Of a stretch of 64,000 nucleotides of DNA, positions 26,416 to 40,552 are shown one piece after another. This DNA comes from Eledone cirrhosa (taxonomy: Eukaryota). Made by a program: the position numbers and the translations under genes. The notes under the pieces are model-generated. The model did no database searches. It was given only the letters and a program-made list of their open reading frames with translations, and had not been told where the DNA came from. The stretch is taken from NCBI GenBank assembly GCA_964016885.1, contig OZ024740.1:61442001-61506000 (forward strand), written 5' to 3'. The number at the start of each line of letters is the position of its first letter. The first letter of the stretch is position 1.

Positions 26416-26789
26416 AGTTAGAGTGTTGGATTCATGATCATAAGGTCATGAGTTGGATTTGCATTTCATGATAGGACGGGAGCCTCTATTATTAAAACAC
26501 CGAAGAAACCTATGTGGTGCAGCTTTGTAGGAGGACAGCTAAACCTGCATGGGTGTGAGCTATAAATTTCATTTAGCCTTGCAGGACAACAAACCTCCCC
26601 ATTCTGCTCTATTCTCAAACCCCTGGCTTTCATTTTCTCTGCCACCATCTTCCTCTATTTCAATCCACATTCAATTCCATCACTTTCATCCTTCCTGAAC
26701 ATATAACCCAACTATTATCACTGGCTCTATTTCTAATCATCATTTGAATAATTAAAATATGAATTAACCATATCTATTTCATCAAATAT

Positions 26790-29700
26790 CATCATAATAA
26801 TAATAATGAAATTATTGTGTACAGTGCTCAGGTGCACTACAACTCATCAAAGGTGCATGTATAGTACATAGAATAATGTACAAATGTCAGGAAAATGAAC
26901 AGTGTATGAGTCATGATATAATAATAATAATAATAATAATGAAATATTGTGTACAGTGCCCAGGTGCACCACAACTCATCAAAAAGTGCATGTACAGTAC
27001 ATAGGGCAATGCACAAACATCAGTAAAATGAACAGTGCACGAGTCATGATACACACATGTGTGCATGTGTATGGAAGGGGTACATAAGGTGTAGTTTTGG
27101 CGTATTTCAGGAAGCATGAGTGTCTTAAAGGATGCAGTGTCTCGGCAGCTAACAACTGACGCAGGCAGTTTGTTCCATGCTTCAGCAACTCTGAGCGTGA
27201 AAAAATGTCTACGAAAGTCATGGGAGCTGTGCTGTTTTCTGATTTTGTAGGCATGTCCACGTGTGTTAGACACATGGAGATCAAAAAGGTGCTCAGGGTA
27301 GCAATTGGCGAGATGGTTAATAACTTTGTGGGTATTCACCAAGTCCATTGCCAGACGTCGGAGCTTCAATGAATCCATGCCCAGGGAAGCAAGGCGTTCA
27401 GAGTATGGTAGGTGTCTGATGGAGGGTATGCGCTTGGTTGCACGTCTCTGAACAGTTTTTAGGAGGTCAATGTTCTGAGCAAGATAGAGGTTCCAGAGTG
27501 ATGATGCGAATTTCAAGTGTGGTCGTACCATAGCTGTATACAGTTTTAAATAGATGGCTGGAGAGCGGCTAACAAAGGTCTTGTTGAGTGATGCCAAGAC
27601 ACCCTCGGCCTTCTTGACAATCTTAGAGACATGCTTTGTCCAACGCAAATCGCTGCTGACAGTAATGCCCAGGTCACGTTCACAAGAGGACTTCTTGATA
27701 TCAGTGTTGTGGAGGGAGTATGTGGACGCTGGATTTTTCCTTCCAAAATGCATGGTGGTACACTTGTCCACAGCCAGCTTCAGTTGCCTGTCTGTGATCC
27801 ATTGCTGCATTGTGTCCAGGTCTGATTGTAGGAAAGAGTTGTAAATTTCAGGATCAGTCCTTTTGATTTCAAGGTACAGCTTGATGTCATCTGCATATTT
27901 CAGTACCGTGGCATTCTGTAAGTTGGCATCTATGTCATTAATATATGCCACAAACAAAGGGGGACCAAGAACAGATCCCTGTGGTACACCAGATGACATC
28001 TCATATGGTGAAGAATGCTGTCCTAGAACCGTGACTACTTCTTTTCGGCTGAGAATGAAGGATTTCAACCAGTCGGAAAGATCATCCCTCACACCCATTG
28101 CAGAGAGTTTTGCCATAAGTCTTTTGTGTGGCACAGAATTAAAAGCCTTAGCAAAGTCAAGGTAAACAACATCCACCCATGAGCCGCTGTCAGTGATTCG
28201 GGTGATGCCTTCAAGGAACTCGATAAGCTGATCACAGCAGCTGGAGTTAGGGATAAATCCAAACTGTGAGGGCCGGATGAGGCTGTGAGAGCTCCAGAAG
28301 TTCCAAAGTGTTTCTCTGACACAGGATTCCATCAGTTTGGCAATACAGCTAGTAAGACTGACTGGACGATAGTTGACAGGTGACATGCGGTTGCCCTTTT
28401 TGAACAGGAGAATGACACTGGCAGTTTTCCACTGCTCCGGAGTAGCACCATTGTTGAGACAGTATTGAAAGAAGAAAGAAAGCTGGCACAATAGGAAATA
28501 CCCGCCACATTTGAGAAGCAGGTATGTCACACCATCAAGACCAGGGGAGGCATAGTTGCGCTTATTCTTAAGGTGACGTCGCAACATTGCAGGTGTAAAT
28601 TCCATAGTTGTTATGGAATTTGATGTTAGAGATGGTGGAGATGGTACATTCTGGTTTTCAACAGTAAAAATACTTGCATAGCACTCAGCAATGAGTTCTG
28701 CGCATTCTTTGGGAGCGTCAGTGATCTGGCTTGTGTGGGGATTGCGAAGAGGACCAACTGGAGAGTGAGGTCTCTGCTTTGAATGGACATATTTCCAGAA
28801 CACCTTACTGTCAGGATTGGTTGCTATGCACTGTTCAAATTCAAGCACTGCCCTCTTTGTCACTTGCTTGAGATGGTTAGAAGATTTATTCCGCTTTTTT
28901 CTGTTGGCATCTGATTTATGCAGTTTATATTCCCGTTCAGCGTTCCGACGTTCTTTCCTGACAAGTCGGACCGCTGAAGTTTCCCAAATTGCACTTTTGG
29001 GGTGGTTATTTTTCCGCTTATGTGGCACCGATGCTGCACACGCTATCCATATTGAGTCCAGGATGCTCTGGAGTATAGTGTTCACATCTCCAGAGTTATA
29101 CATCTCGTGCCAGTTTGGGCGCTGTAGCTCAGTGCAGTACAAGTTCCAATCCGCCCTCTTCCAATCAAAGCAAGCAGATTGGAGATGGCTCTGGTTTTTG
29201 TTGCTGCCCTCAAGTGCCAGATTGGCAATGATCATAGCATGATCAGAGTCGCCTAGAGGTTCCTCAGTAGTACAACTGATAACCACTTCAGGAATAGTGG
29301 TAAAGATCAGGTCCAAAGTGTTGTCATCTCTTGTTGGAGAGGTGACTACTTGTGACCAGTTTGAGTCCAGCACTAGTTCAAGGAAATCGTTTGCACCTTG
29401 TGGCCAACGAAAGGTTTCCCAATCGATCTCAGGATGATTGAAGTCACCTGCAATAAACACATAAGTGGCTGTTTTCTTGGCAGCAACTCTGAGGATATCG
29501 CAAAGCTGTGTGTCCTGATGGTAGTTTGGGGGGCGATAAACAACACCAAGCAGAAGTGTTGACATGGTCATATGTATGTCACAGAAAAAAACTTCTTCCT
29601 GTGATTCGTTCAAATCAACGCAAGGAATTACCGAAAAGTTTGAACGAACGTAGACCATCACACCACCACCACGGCGATTAATGCGGTCCTTGCGGAAAAG

Positions 29701-30186
29701 GTTGTACCCAGTAATGCTGAAAACCTCATCACAGAGTAAGGAATGTGCCCATGTTTCTGTGATGAAGTCAGGGTCGATGCTTCTGACGTAGGATTCAATC
29801 AGATGTATCTTGTTGCATTAACTGCGAGCATTTAAGGACAACAATTTGTACCCTGCTCACAGTTTATGATGGTGTGTAGAGGGTGGCAGGTTGTTCTGGT
29901 TTAGTTTCCCAGAGTTGTAGCAGTTTTTACGTTGCCAGTTATTGTGGGTAGATCACACTCAGACCAGCTGGTATCTCTCTTCCACGTTTCACCAGCCTTG
30001 ACAAACCTCCAGATCTGCCCATCATCACGCAGACTAAAACTTTCATGTTGTGCTGAGTTCCGATTCAAGGAAGCTGCAGCACGGAGCTTTGGACGTACAT
30101 GGGGTGGTAGGCCTGGGCGTGTTCGGAAGGTAATCCGATTTTCACGCCCAGCTTTAACAGAGGCCAGATGGTATGAGGTTGCCTCA
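26790..30186 (-). mobile_element. CR1-clade LINE with near-intact ORF2 (APE + RT) and a doubled 3' tail
   Basis: 916-aa ORF 26911..29661 with GDFN, VYLDFAKAF, SGVPQGSVLGP, YADD and TRGH...RV..WN.LP. The APE start (ITETW) is at about 29700-29850. TCATCAAATAT target duplication at 26779 and 30187. Confidence 0.95.
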
Positions 30187-30294
30187 TCATCAAATATATC
30201 AGTAATAATTAACCAATGGAAGAAATTCTTTCAGTCATGTAAAATGCTCCTAAATTTTAATTTTTCCTTTATACTTTTTTCTTATAAATTCAAA

Positions 30295-30865
30295 ATCATC
30301 ATCAGTTGTTATTTCTTTTCATGCTTGCATTGGATGGACGAGTCCTCTCCAAAATATCTCATTTGTATGTTCCATTGTTATCTCCCTTGTGAAGTTCATC
30401 CTGAGGTCAGTTTTCATCACTTCTGCCCACATTTTCCTTGGTCACCTTCCACAGCTTCTGTTCACTTGGAACTCCTGGCACTTCTTTACCAAAACATCAT
30501 TTATATGCATTACATGACCATGCTAATGCAGTCTTCGCCTTTGCATACATCATCCAATTCCTATTATACCCAATTTTTCTCTCAACTCACCTATGCTTCA
30601 TCATTCATACACACTAACATTATACATCATGTAGAGAATGCTCAATTCCTTTCTTTCCAACCTTTAGATATCTTAACATTCAATGGATCATACTATCATG
30701 CAAAATTACTCAACATACATAAATATCCTGTAATATATCTTTTGCTCAGAGAGATAATACCATTGTTGTCAGCAGAAGAAATAGCTATTTGCATTTTTTT
30801 GCACCTTGTTATTATTCTAGCTTTTAAACTTTCAGAGCAGCCTCCTTCTGCTGCTATTTAGACCA
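30295..30865 (-). mobile_element. Old RTE 3' fragment
   Basis: Degenerate homology to the RTE C-terminus and tail. Confidence 0.7.
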
Positions 30866-33689
30866 ATTAACCAAATAACATAGAAATTCAGACATTGTGA
30901 TTTGCTACAACAGTATATGAATGCACTGGCACATCATCATCATCACTGTTTAACATCCATTTTCCATGCTTGCATGGGTTAGACGAGTTTCCCAAGTCTG
31001 GCCAATTGACCGTACCGTACCTTGCTCAGACAGAACTGTAAATTGGCTGGGATTTTATAGTCAGATGCCCTTCCTAACACCAGCAGCATTTACAGTGTGG
31101 AACTGTAAATCAAAAATACTTTCTAAATATCATGGTAATATTCAAACTGCTTAGAAACTTGTGTCACGTGTACAGACCATGCATTGCACACAAATGAATA
31201 TTTAGAAGTAACAGGACCAATGAAATGAATTCTTCCAACTACCCAAAAGTTTCTATTATTTAGTTGACCTAATAAACAGTAACGTGAAGGGGTAATGTGA
31301 AAGCATAATTACCAGAATTTGACAGAGTAAAAAACGTTCAGGAAGCCATTACTTCTGTTGACAACAAAGGGATTCTCTGTCCATGTGAAGGGCAAATTGT
31401 ATGATGTATGTGTGCGATGTGATATTTCATGCATGATCCCCTAACTCCTGAGGGAGTCATAGGGGCACTGTATTGACATATGGCATTTCTAGGGCATTTT
31501 AAAATCTGGCAGAGCCCATCTCCTCTCCAAGCCTGAATATAACAAATTTTTCCAGAGAAGGATAGAAAGTGAGGGAATGGAAGTGAGAAAGAGGTATAGA
31601 AGAATTGCTCCTAGTGCTAGACTGGTCCCTTTTTTATTTTTTTATTTTTTATTTATTTTATTTAAAAAAATTTTTTTTTTATCGAAGTTGACCTAAGCAG
31701 GATTTGAACTCAGAGAGCAGAGAGCCAAATGAATACCACAAAGCATTCTATCTGCCATTCTAACAACTCTGCCAATTCACCACCTCAAGGTAGCAAAACG
31801 GCCATTGAATGTAGAGGAAGTGTAAAGTTTAGAAAGAAATGAGGCAAACATTCTTCATTGGTTGTATAATGTTAACCCATACACAACAATGAAGCAGAAG
31901 CTGAGATGAAAAAAAGAAAGACTCAGTGTAAGAGGAATCAACTATAGTGTATAAGATAATAGACTGTGGTGCTATAGACATGTGATACATATGAAGGTTA
32001 TCAGACATGCTAAGTGATGCAAGAGGAAGGGGTCTTTAGAAGAAAAACACCAATGAAAACATGAGAAAAGGTGGTGAAAGCTAATCTCAGAATGCTGAAC
32101 ATCACAAAGACGACGACTAGATGCCACAACAAATACCGAGACACTGTGCTGGAGAAAACCAGTTGAGCCCACGCAAATGTAAGGAAGAAAAATTGCCACT
32201 GGTGATAGGGAAAATAGGGTTAAATCCATATGCTGAGATCAACACTAAGATGAATGAAAGATGAAAATGGAAACAGTCTTTGTCTAACAGATTTACAGAG
32301 AAATACAACTATTACATGATTTAAAGGTGAATGTGTAAATATAATTAATGAGATATAGATTGTTAATTTTAAAAAAAGTTGCATAAATAACAAATAAATC
32401 TTGGACACTTTGCTACCTAAATTAAATTACAGGTTATTAATATATTTGAACTCCTCCAATAAGTAGCTGTACTTTTGATAAGAAAACAAATACCATTTCA
32501 TGATGGGATCATTAATAAGAAAGGCATTCACAGTTAAATATCATTGGAATATTGTATTTATGTCAAAACAGAAAAAAAAAAATAAGAAAATGAAATAAAT
32601 TTGATTACTTAATAAAATAGATAAACTTTTAAGTGGTTTGGATTTATGTTTACAACTCTAACTAACATCTATAATGCCATTGTACAATATTTTGGTTATA
32701 AATCAAATTTAAAAAATAGAACTAATATCATTCAGATGCTTTTAAAGTCACTGGCTGTTTTGTTTATTCAATACTTGAAACTGTTGTCAATTTCAATATA
32801 TGTATGTTAGATTTCCATCAGTTCTATTGACTAGTATTCCAGACCAACAGAACAGCTTTCTCATGAAATTAATATACATGCAGTTTAGCATTTACACAGA
32901 CATGTACTATTCTTGGGAGGGGGTCAGCATGACAGTGTATCACAATACTGGCCCTTTAAATTGCCAGTACAACTAATTTTTTCCAGCTAAGTAGATTGGA
33001 TCAATGTAAAATGAAGTATCTTGCTCAAGAACACAACATGCTGCTGCAAATCGAACTCATAACCAAACAATGATCAACACCTTATCCACTAAGCCATGTG
33101 CCTTTACAATCTATATATAAATTTCTGCGATTCTGTCACAATACATCAAGAGAGAGGAGTAGTTTGACTACCTCATACTACTCTTAACATCTGCTGACCA
33201 GGATGCTGCTACCACTGTTATGACTACCTCATAGTACTCTGCTCTCTTCCCATATAAATGTATGCATACACACACACACACACGTATGCGTCAGCATATG
33301 GAAAAAATTCTAGTATCATAAAATGTTGTAAGTTAAATAAAACAATCAGAAAGTTATGAAAATCTTGTAGAGCTTATACTACAAGTAACAAAAATTTGAT
33401 GTGAAATAAAGAGGCCTTGGTCCTCAGTATATCTTGTGAGACACATGAAAGTTCTTCAAGGTACAGGTTTGGGCAAGTTTGTGTGTGCACACATGCATGC
33501 ACATATCAAACACCAAATGTCACCCAGACATTAGGACTGTTTGAAGTTGATGATCCAATTTCTTAGTTCTATACATTTATTCAGACTAATAAGTGTGAAA
33601 TGCAATAAAGCAAATACAATGCATGGAACTTCAGAATTCGCACTATATATGTTATAACAATGAAAGGTAGGTGTGGCCAGAATATAGAG

Positions 33690-35150
33690 ATACTAGAACA
33701 GAGACGAGTAGGTATATGTTGCATGCAATAATGTGGAGGTAGGGCTTCAGCTAGATTCATTACAGACAAGGAACATAGATACAAATACTTCAGGGTGGAT
33801 AGCAGTTACGGTGTAAGTAGGGTAGGAATACTCCTGGCTGAAAGATGGGTAGACCCGGTAATTAAAGAAGTCAGTCTGTAATAGGATTAGTAAATAGACT
33901 AGCCTTGGGCAAATCAACAGCTACTATACTTTCTGCATATGCTCCACAAGCTGGACTTGCAGACAAGCAGAAAGACAACTTCTATGAGGTCCTCCTACAG
34001 ACTACTTCAATGACAAATGACAGTGACATAATTATCACAGCTGGCAACTTCAATGGATATATTGGCTTTCCCAGTGTGCATAAGTCAATGGGCATAGAAC
34101 AGGAAATAAAGAAGGGTCTAGTCATTTGCAACAAACGTAAAGAAACCAGCCTGAATTTAAAATGCAGGTAGGGATTCACTAGAACTCAGTCCTAAGCCCA
34201 CTTCTGTTTATCATTATCCTTCAGGCCACAATGGAGAAGTATAAAACTGGCACTCCATGGGAACTCCTGTGTGCCAATAAACTAGTCTCTATAGCTCTGA
34301 GAGAATTAGAAGCAAAATTTTCAACATGGAGGAAAAACCTAGAGTTGAAAGGGTTTAAAGTAAACTTAGCAAAGACTAAAAGTTTTAATAAGTAGGACAG
34401 GTAGCTGAAACTGTCAAAGAAAGGGCCATGCTCGATATGTCGATAAGAGGTGGGCAGATATACTATAAGGTGTCTACAATGTAACTTATAAATGCACAAG
34501 AGGAGTAGTAGGATTACAAGGAAAGTAACAGATAAGATGGACTTTATATGCAGCCAAAGCACAGAAATAAATATTAAGAGCACACATGAAATAAATTCTC
34601 TCATTTGTAAGCGAAGCTCCCTAGAAATTGTTGACAAATTTTGTTATCTAAGTGACCAAATCAGTAAGCTCTGAAAGTGTGATAGCCAGAGTAAAAACAG
34701 CCTATAAGTTTAGAGAGCTGGTACTTCTGCTGACAAAAAAGGGTAACAGTAGACTATATGATGCCTGTGTCTGTAATACCATGTGGAAGTAAGACATGGG
34801 CCTTGGCTACAAAAGACCAGCAAAGGCTAATAGGAAAAAAAGCAAACATGCCCAATGGATGTATAATGTTAGTGTGCATGAATAAAACAACATAAGTGAT
34901 CTGAGAGAAAAACTTGACATAACAGGAATTGGATGTAATGTGCAAGAGTAGACTGCATTGCTTTAGAAGATGGCAACTGTTTAAAAAGGTGTAGAAGAAT
35001 CTCAGTGGCTGGGAAGAGGCAGACTCAGGAAGACATGACATGAGGGGGTGAAAACCAACTTGAAGAAGCTGAATCTTACAATGGTGATGACAAAATGGCC
35101 TCAAGAATTGGCAATATGTTGTAGTAGAGAAGACATGCTTACCAGCATAA
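33690..35150 (+). mobile_element. Old, internally deleted RTE copy (APE fragment, RT end, PHD remnant)
   Basis: SAYAPQAG and AGNFNG endonuclease motifs fused to [10 protein letters not shown]-like and downstream RTE sequence. Confidence 0.8.
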
Positions 35151-35850
35151 ATGACCTGATTCAATCATGTACCCCTTCCCTCTAGCCAGCACTGTACACT
35201 TCCATCTCATCTATGAACCTTACTAGCTATTTCTAACAATCACTCTACATGCTTCACCCTTTACTTGCTATTCTAACATCACTATATCCCTTCCTCTAAA
35301 ATCCTGACTTACCAGTCATGTAAACCTAATAACTGCTAACATCACAGTACCCCCAACATGCTATCAGAGGACACTACCTTGTCAAATCGAACCACACTTA
35401 TTGCTCTCGCCCACTCCACAGTAAAATAGAGAGAGCTCTACTTTTATGGCAATGATTTACAGCCTCTCTAGCGCTGATACCACAAAATACATACCCAGTG
35501 CACCTTGTACAGTGGTTGGTGATAGGAAGTGTATCCTACTGAAGATATTTTGACAAAAGGGCTGCGAGGACTCCTCAGTTGTATTAACAGCATGATAACC
35601 TCTCCAATTTTGGTGATCTGCACAAAGAATGCACCTAGTATACACTAAAGGGTCAGGAGGACTCTTTAGCAGTGTTAAAGACATGACAACCTCCTAGTGC
35701 TGATGCCACAATAAAATGCACTCGGTAGAGCACTTGTAAACAAGGTAGAGGCTCCTGCCAATCTGAGAGATCAGTAGCACTGCCCGAGTACTGGCTCACT
35801 CTGAAGACTCATCCAAGCTTAGTAGGGAAGCTGGATGGTAAATGAAGAAG

Positions 35851-35894
<44 letters not shown>

Positions 35895-36449
35895 CCATAT
35901 AAAGTTTTCACGAAGATCAAGTTAGAGCATGAGTGTATTAGAATCCATAGAACAATGAGAAAAACTCAACGCAAGATAACTGTTAAAACAGCAAAATGCC
36001 CTCAATGGCTGCATCAGGTAAAATTTACCTCAAATGAAAGAAATCAGTAGCTAGAAGTGTGTTGGCCTGCTGAAGTGATAGAGGAAAAGGAATAAAGGAA
36101 GAAAATGGACAAGACAAGATCACACAAACATCTTTTAACCTCTTCAGCTCTCTCCCCAACTCTTCCCTTCCTCTGGCCTGGTTACGTAAGAGCCTGGTAA
36201 CATCAGGAGCGGATTGTATAATTAGTTAATCAATAAAAGAAATTATGCAAACACGAATAGAGAATATATTCAATTCAGAGATGGCCAGTAAAATTGGTGT
36301 TAGCATTGCGGCAGACCATCTCTGAATCTCTTATATATTTTGTACACTATTGTAATTATGTGAACCTCTATGTCTATATAACTTTGGGGAGTGCGAGGGA
36401 ATCTAACAGACAGGCAAGCAAGGAATAAATATTTATGAACAATACTTAC

Positions 36450-38121
36450 TTGATATCCATTCTGGTTCACCTGTGCTGGGGAATATCTTCCATAATTGAA
36501 TTCCTCGAAATTGGCTGAAGGGCTTTTTGTTAAAATCACTTCCAATTCTGAACGAGAACTTGAATCAGCAAAAGACTGTCTCGCATTTATATTGACATAT
36601 TCAGAGACAGCTAGTCTATTGTCATCATATTCAGAATGATTAGAATATTCCTGAGGTTTTACTGAAAGTTCCTGAAAAGAGCGTGATGGAAAGGAAGTGT
36701 CGTGTGATGTGCCTTTATAATCATAAAGAATTTGATTGGCACTGTTGTTGAGAATATCTTCTTGGTGTTCTGGAATATTATCTGGTTCAGAGGAAGATGT
36801 GCTCTTTATGGGGTAAGTAGACATTTCTTTCCGTTTGTTAATATCATAGTTGATAGAACCTTCATTAGACAATGTTCTAAACGGATCATCATCATCAGAA
36901 TATTGTGAAAATGTTTGTGAAATGTTTTGGTAATTTGGTGAATAATTCTTTGGGAAGGTTTTGGAGAAAGATGGATGTTTACGTAGTTCATTCATGTGCA
37001 TATTTTGTAACAATTGAAGTGATGTTTGTTTGGGCGTATCAGATTCAGACTGCCGAATTGGAACACTAATGGAATTTGGCCGATCACTAAATTGGGCATT
37101 AGATTTATAAAGAGCCTCAAGATTACCCGTTGACCTTCTCTGGATTGTTGCATATTCAGGATGTGAGTTCTGGTTATATGCCTGGTCACTTTCAATGCTT
37201 AGTTTAGACAAATCAGTTTGAGCACCATACATGTGTTTAGAATAAGGGGCTGCATTACTACTTGTGGGATTTACATTGTTATTTTGATTCAAATTGCTCT
37301 CAGATGAGTTTACAGTATTTGTAGTATGTGAATTTACATCCTTATAATTTGAATAATTGAAACTATCATGAAGTTCTCCATGTGGAGATAAAGAATTTCG
37401 GTTTGAATGTCTTTCTATTACAGCATAATTAATTTCTTTGGGGTAAGTGTCTGTTGATAGTTGTGAATGTGTAGGAGAGATTGGCGGAGGATATGGAAGA
37501 GCATTTGGAGAATTACTAGAACTGTTATTAAATCTATTATCTGTTGAAGGGAAATCTAGTTTTCCATAAATATTATTACTTGTTCCTTTCTGTGATGCTA
37601 ATGAATGGCGAGAGTCATCTAGATAGGGACTTCCTCGTTGGTGTCCATTTTGACTGCCATTAAAGCCTAATGATGAATGAGATTCATTGTCTTGAGAAAT
37701 TTGTTCTGGCGGTCTGTTTGAATATGGGTAAGTTAAAGATGAAGAAGATACTCTTTGATATGGATCATCAAGCAAATAACTGGGTGGCTGAGGTTGGGGA
37801 ATACGATTACCATAATCCCTGTTAATGTCATAGGAACCAGCAGAAGAATAAGAAGATCTGTTGTGAGCAAGATGTTCAGAAGAGGGTATATGTTCCTGGT
37901 GTGAGTGCAAAGAACTTTGACTTGGTGCGGCGTAATTTGGACTGAATGGATTAGATGATGGATACTCAATATTGTTAAAATTATATAAGGAATTATGGCC
38001 ATTGTTAAAATCTTGTGCATAGTTTTCTTCTGGGTAATACTCAGGCGGAGGATCACTTCTTGTAATTGATCCTTCATAATCTGTGGCAAAAGTTTGGCTT
38101 CTGAAAGGTTCTTTAACCAGC
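36450..38121 (-). CDS. PLEKHA7: 1672-nt exon, S/N/P/Y-rich disordered linker
   Basis: Lies in the 609-aa ORF 36300..38129. Long T tract with gtatag acceptor in the correct phase, and a CAA|gtaagt donor in phase 0. Confidence 0.88.
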
Positions 38122-38444
38122 CTATACATTTATAAAAATGGAAAGAAAAAAAAAAAGAAAAATTACCAAATGGTGATAGAGAGAGTGTCTATGTGTGTCC
38201 ATGTGTACTTTTGTATCTGTATTTATGTCTCTATTATTTAGCAGTTGGAAAAAGAACAAAAAAGAAATTAATACATATACCAGACTTGAGAAAATTAAGT
38301 ACTAGGGCTGACTCAATCAACTGAATCCCTTTACAGTGGTAGTCCAACCTGCCCACAGTCTAATGAGTGAAACCAGTAAAATAATAAAAGAGTAAATATT
38401 GAGAAAACTCATTTCACTAGAGAAAATGGAGAAAATTTACAAAC

Positions 38445-38575
38445 CTTGAGTTATCTTGCAATTCAATATTATTTGCTATCATTAAGGCTGACTGATTCAA
38501 AACTCTAACCCATTGGTCCATACTTTCAGCTGATCCAGCAACAAAATATTGTGTCTTCATATTAGCATGCTCTGC
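38445..38575 (-). CDS. PLEKHA7: PH-domain end exon (AEHANMKTQYFVAGSAESMDQWVRVLNQSALM...)
   Basis: tttag and gtttgt splice sites. Encodes the C-terminal PH helix with the conserved W. Phase 2 out. Confidence 0.92.
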
Positions 38576-39021
38576 CTAAAGTAATGGTAAATATAAAGTG
38601 ATAAGAGCAAAAACAAAGTTTTTAATATCCAAGTAGATTTTTTTTTTATGTAAAGAAGGTTATGATTCATTTTCCAGTAAACATGATTGCCAACTAAATA
38701 CAGTATTCCACATTACACACACACAAAGTTTTTCAGCAATAAATATCTGTTAGATCCAGTTTTGATCAATGATTAAAAAAAAATGTTCTAAATAAAATTC
38801 AGATAAAATATGCTTTTTTAGACAAAAAAAATGTTCCTATGGCTTTTTAAAAGAAATTCTTATCCCCCATCGTCTTTGTATAATTATGTAAAAAAATCAT
38901 GGACTCAAAATGAAAGAAGCTATAAGAACACTAGAATTTGGACAAGACAAAATGAACAGGCAAACTGTGCAGGATGAATAGAAAATGTATTTTTTATCAC
39001 TTCAATAAAAGAAAAACCTAC

Positions 39022-39122
39022 CTTGAAGGCATATCTTTTGTTGATAGAATCACTAGCATCACAGGGTCGTATTGTGTAACTGGGTAAAAGAATAGAACCA
39101 ACACAATGCTGCTCACTGGCAT
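39022..39122 (-). CDS. PLEKHA7: PH-domain exon (DASEQHCVGSILLPSYTIRPCDASDSINKRYAFK)
   Basis: gtttag and gtaggt splice sites, phase 1 in. GSILLPSY...YAFK is typical of PLEKHA5/6/7. Confidence 0.93.
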
Positions 39123-39479
39123 CTAAACAACAACAAAAAATACATATATAATATAATGAAAATTATTGTGTACAGTGCTCAGGTGCACTACAACCTATTT
39201 ATAGATATATAGACAAATGTAGTAAAATACCGATAATTTATTTTTTAAAGTCAGTACAATGCAGTAGAAACATAAGATGGGTAAATGATGACAAATGAAA
39301 AAAAACAAAAAGTAATGTTTTACCCAGTGTATTTTAGCATGATATTTCAGGGCTATTACCTTCTTTTCAGATACAAAGCTGAAATAGTCCAAGACAAAAC
39401 AAATGAATGATTGAAGTTTTCTTTCCTAACTGGTATCTAAAACACATGCACAGACAGGTTGCTACAGTAACCATTCTGT

Positions 39480-39800
39480 CCCATAGATTTCTGAGCTATT
39501 ATTTATCTCTGGTTTTATTCGGCTGATGAAAATGGCCTCCTTAATCCTTAAAATTTCCCATTTACTCTCAGTTGGATCTATGGTGACCTCAATGTCTGTA
39601 GAAACTTGCTTTGCTCATCAGTTCACCTCTAGAGAATTCCTCTAACATTCTATATGCTACTTGTTTGGTTTTCTTAAGTTTAACACAACATTTTTGCTCC
39701 ATGTTTCCTTGCATCATGCCACATGTTGACAGATTGATGAAACAGATCACACTGGTTCCACCACATACACTGTTATGCTCCAACCTAGGCATAGGAAATT
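39480..39800 (-). mobile_element. mariner transposase N-terminal remnant
   Basis: MEQKCCVKLKKT...AYRMLEE...LMSKASFYRH, an HTH-like fragment. Confidence 0.55.
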
Positions 39801-39922
39801 GCTAGTTAGTCACTTAATACATTATATGTAAGTCTATTTCACCATGAAGTAGCATTCTAATTGAATATTTAATGCCTGAAATTTTCTCATTACTAACATG
39901 TGTGTGTATGTGTGTGTGTGTG

Positions 39923-39970
<48 letters not shown>

Positions 39971-40021
39971 TGTGTGAGCGTGTGTGTGAGTGAGCGTGTG
40001 TGCATGCATGTGTGTATGTGC

Positions 40022-40057
<36 letters not shown>

Positions 40058-40402
40058 CATCATCATTCATCATTTCATTTTTACGTCCGCTCTTCCCTGC
40101 TTGCAAGGGTGAGACGGGAACTGATTCTGGCTTGATTTCTACAGCTGGATGCCCTTCCTAACACCAACCTCATTTACAGTGTGTGCTGGGTGCTTTTTTT
40201 CCGTGGCGCCTACAAATCCACTTTACAGTGGAATGATATGGACCCCAGTCCCTATCATCTCATTTCTACAGCTGAGTAAACTGGAGCAATGTGAAATAAA
40301 GTGTCTTGCTCAAGGAAACAACACATCACCCAGTCTGAGAATTGAACTCACAACCTTTCGATTGCAAGGCCAATGCTCTAACCACTAAGCCATGTGCCTC
40401 CA
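40058..40402 (-). mobile_element. Full-length CORE-type tRNA SINE with RTE tail
   Basis: Same structure as 7282-7589 and very similar to 57757-58086. Confidence 0.9.
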
Positions 40403-40552
40403 TATATATGAGAGCATATATAAACATATACTATATGCTTATATACAATAAACATATGGGTAGCTTTACTATCAAAGAAAAAACATTTTTTATAACAAAA
40501 ACATTTATTTTTCTTTATTTTTCCTCTGTGAATACATCACAGTTGCCATTAA

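Noticed and set aside
29932-30861. 309-aa plus-strand ORF
   Set aside because: A chance antisense read-through across the CR1 5' end and an old RTE fragment.
35800-35850. CTGAAGA followed by a CATCC.AGCTT/AAGCT.GGATG stem
   Set aside because: No GAAAC or NUH half follows before the (TA)n tract. It may be a relic but cannot be supported.
36300-36449. ORF extension beyond the large exon's donor as an alternative last exon
   Set aside because: There is a strong GTAAGT donor at 36449, the composition shifts, and I found no clear minus-strand polyA signal nearby.
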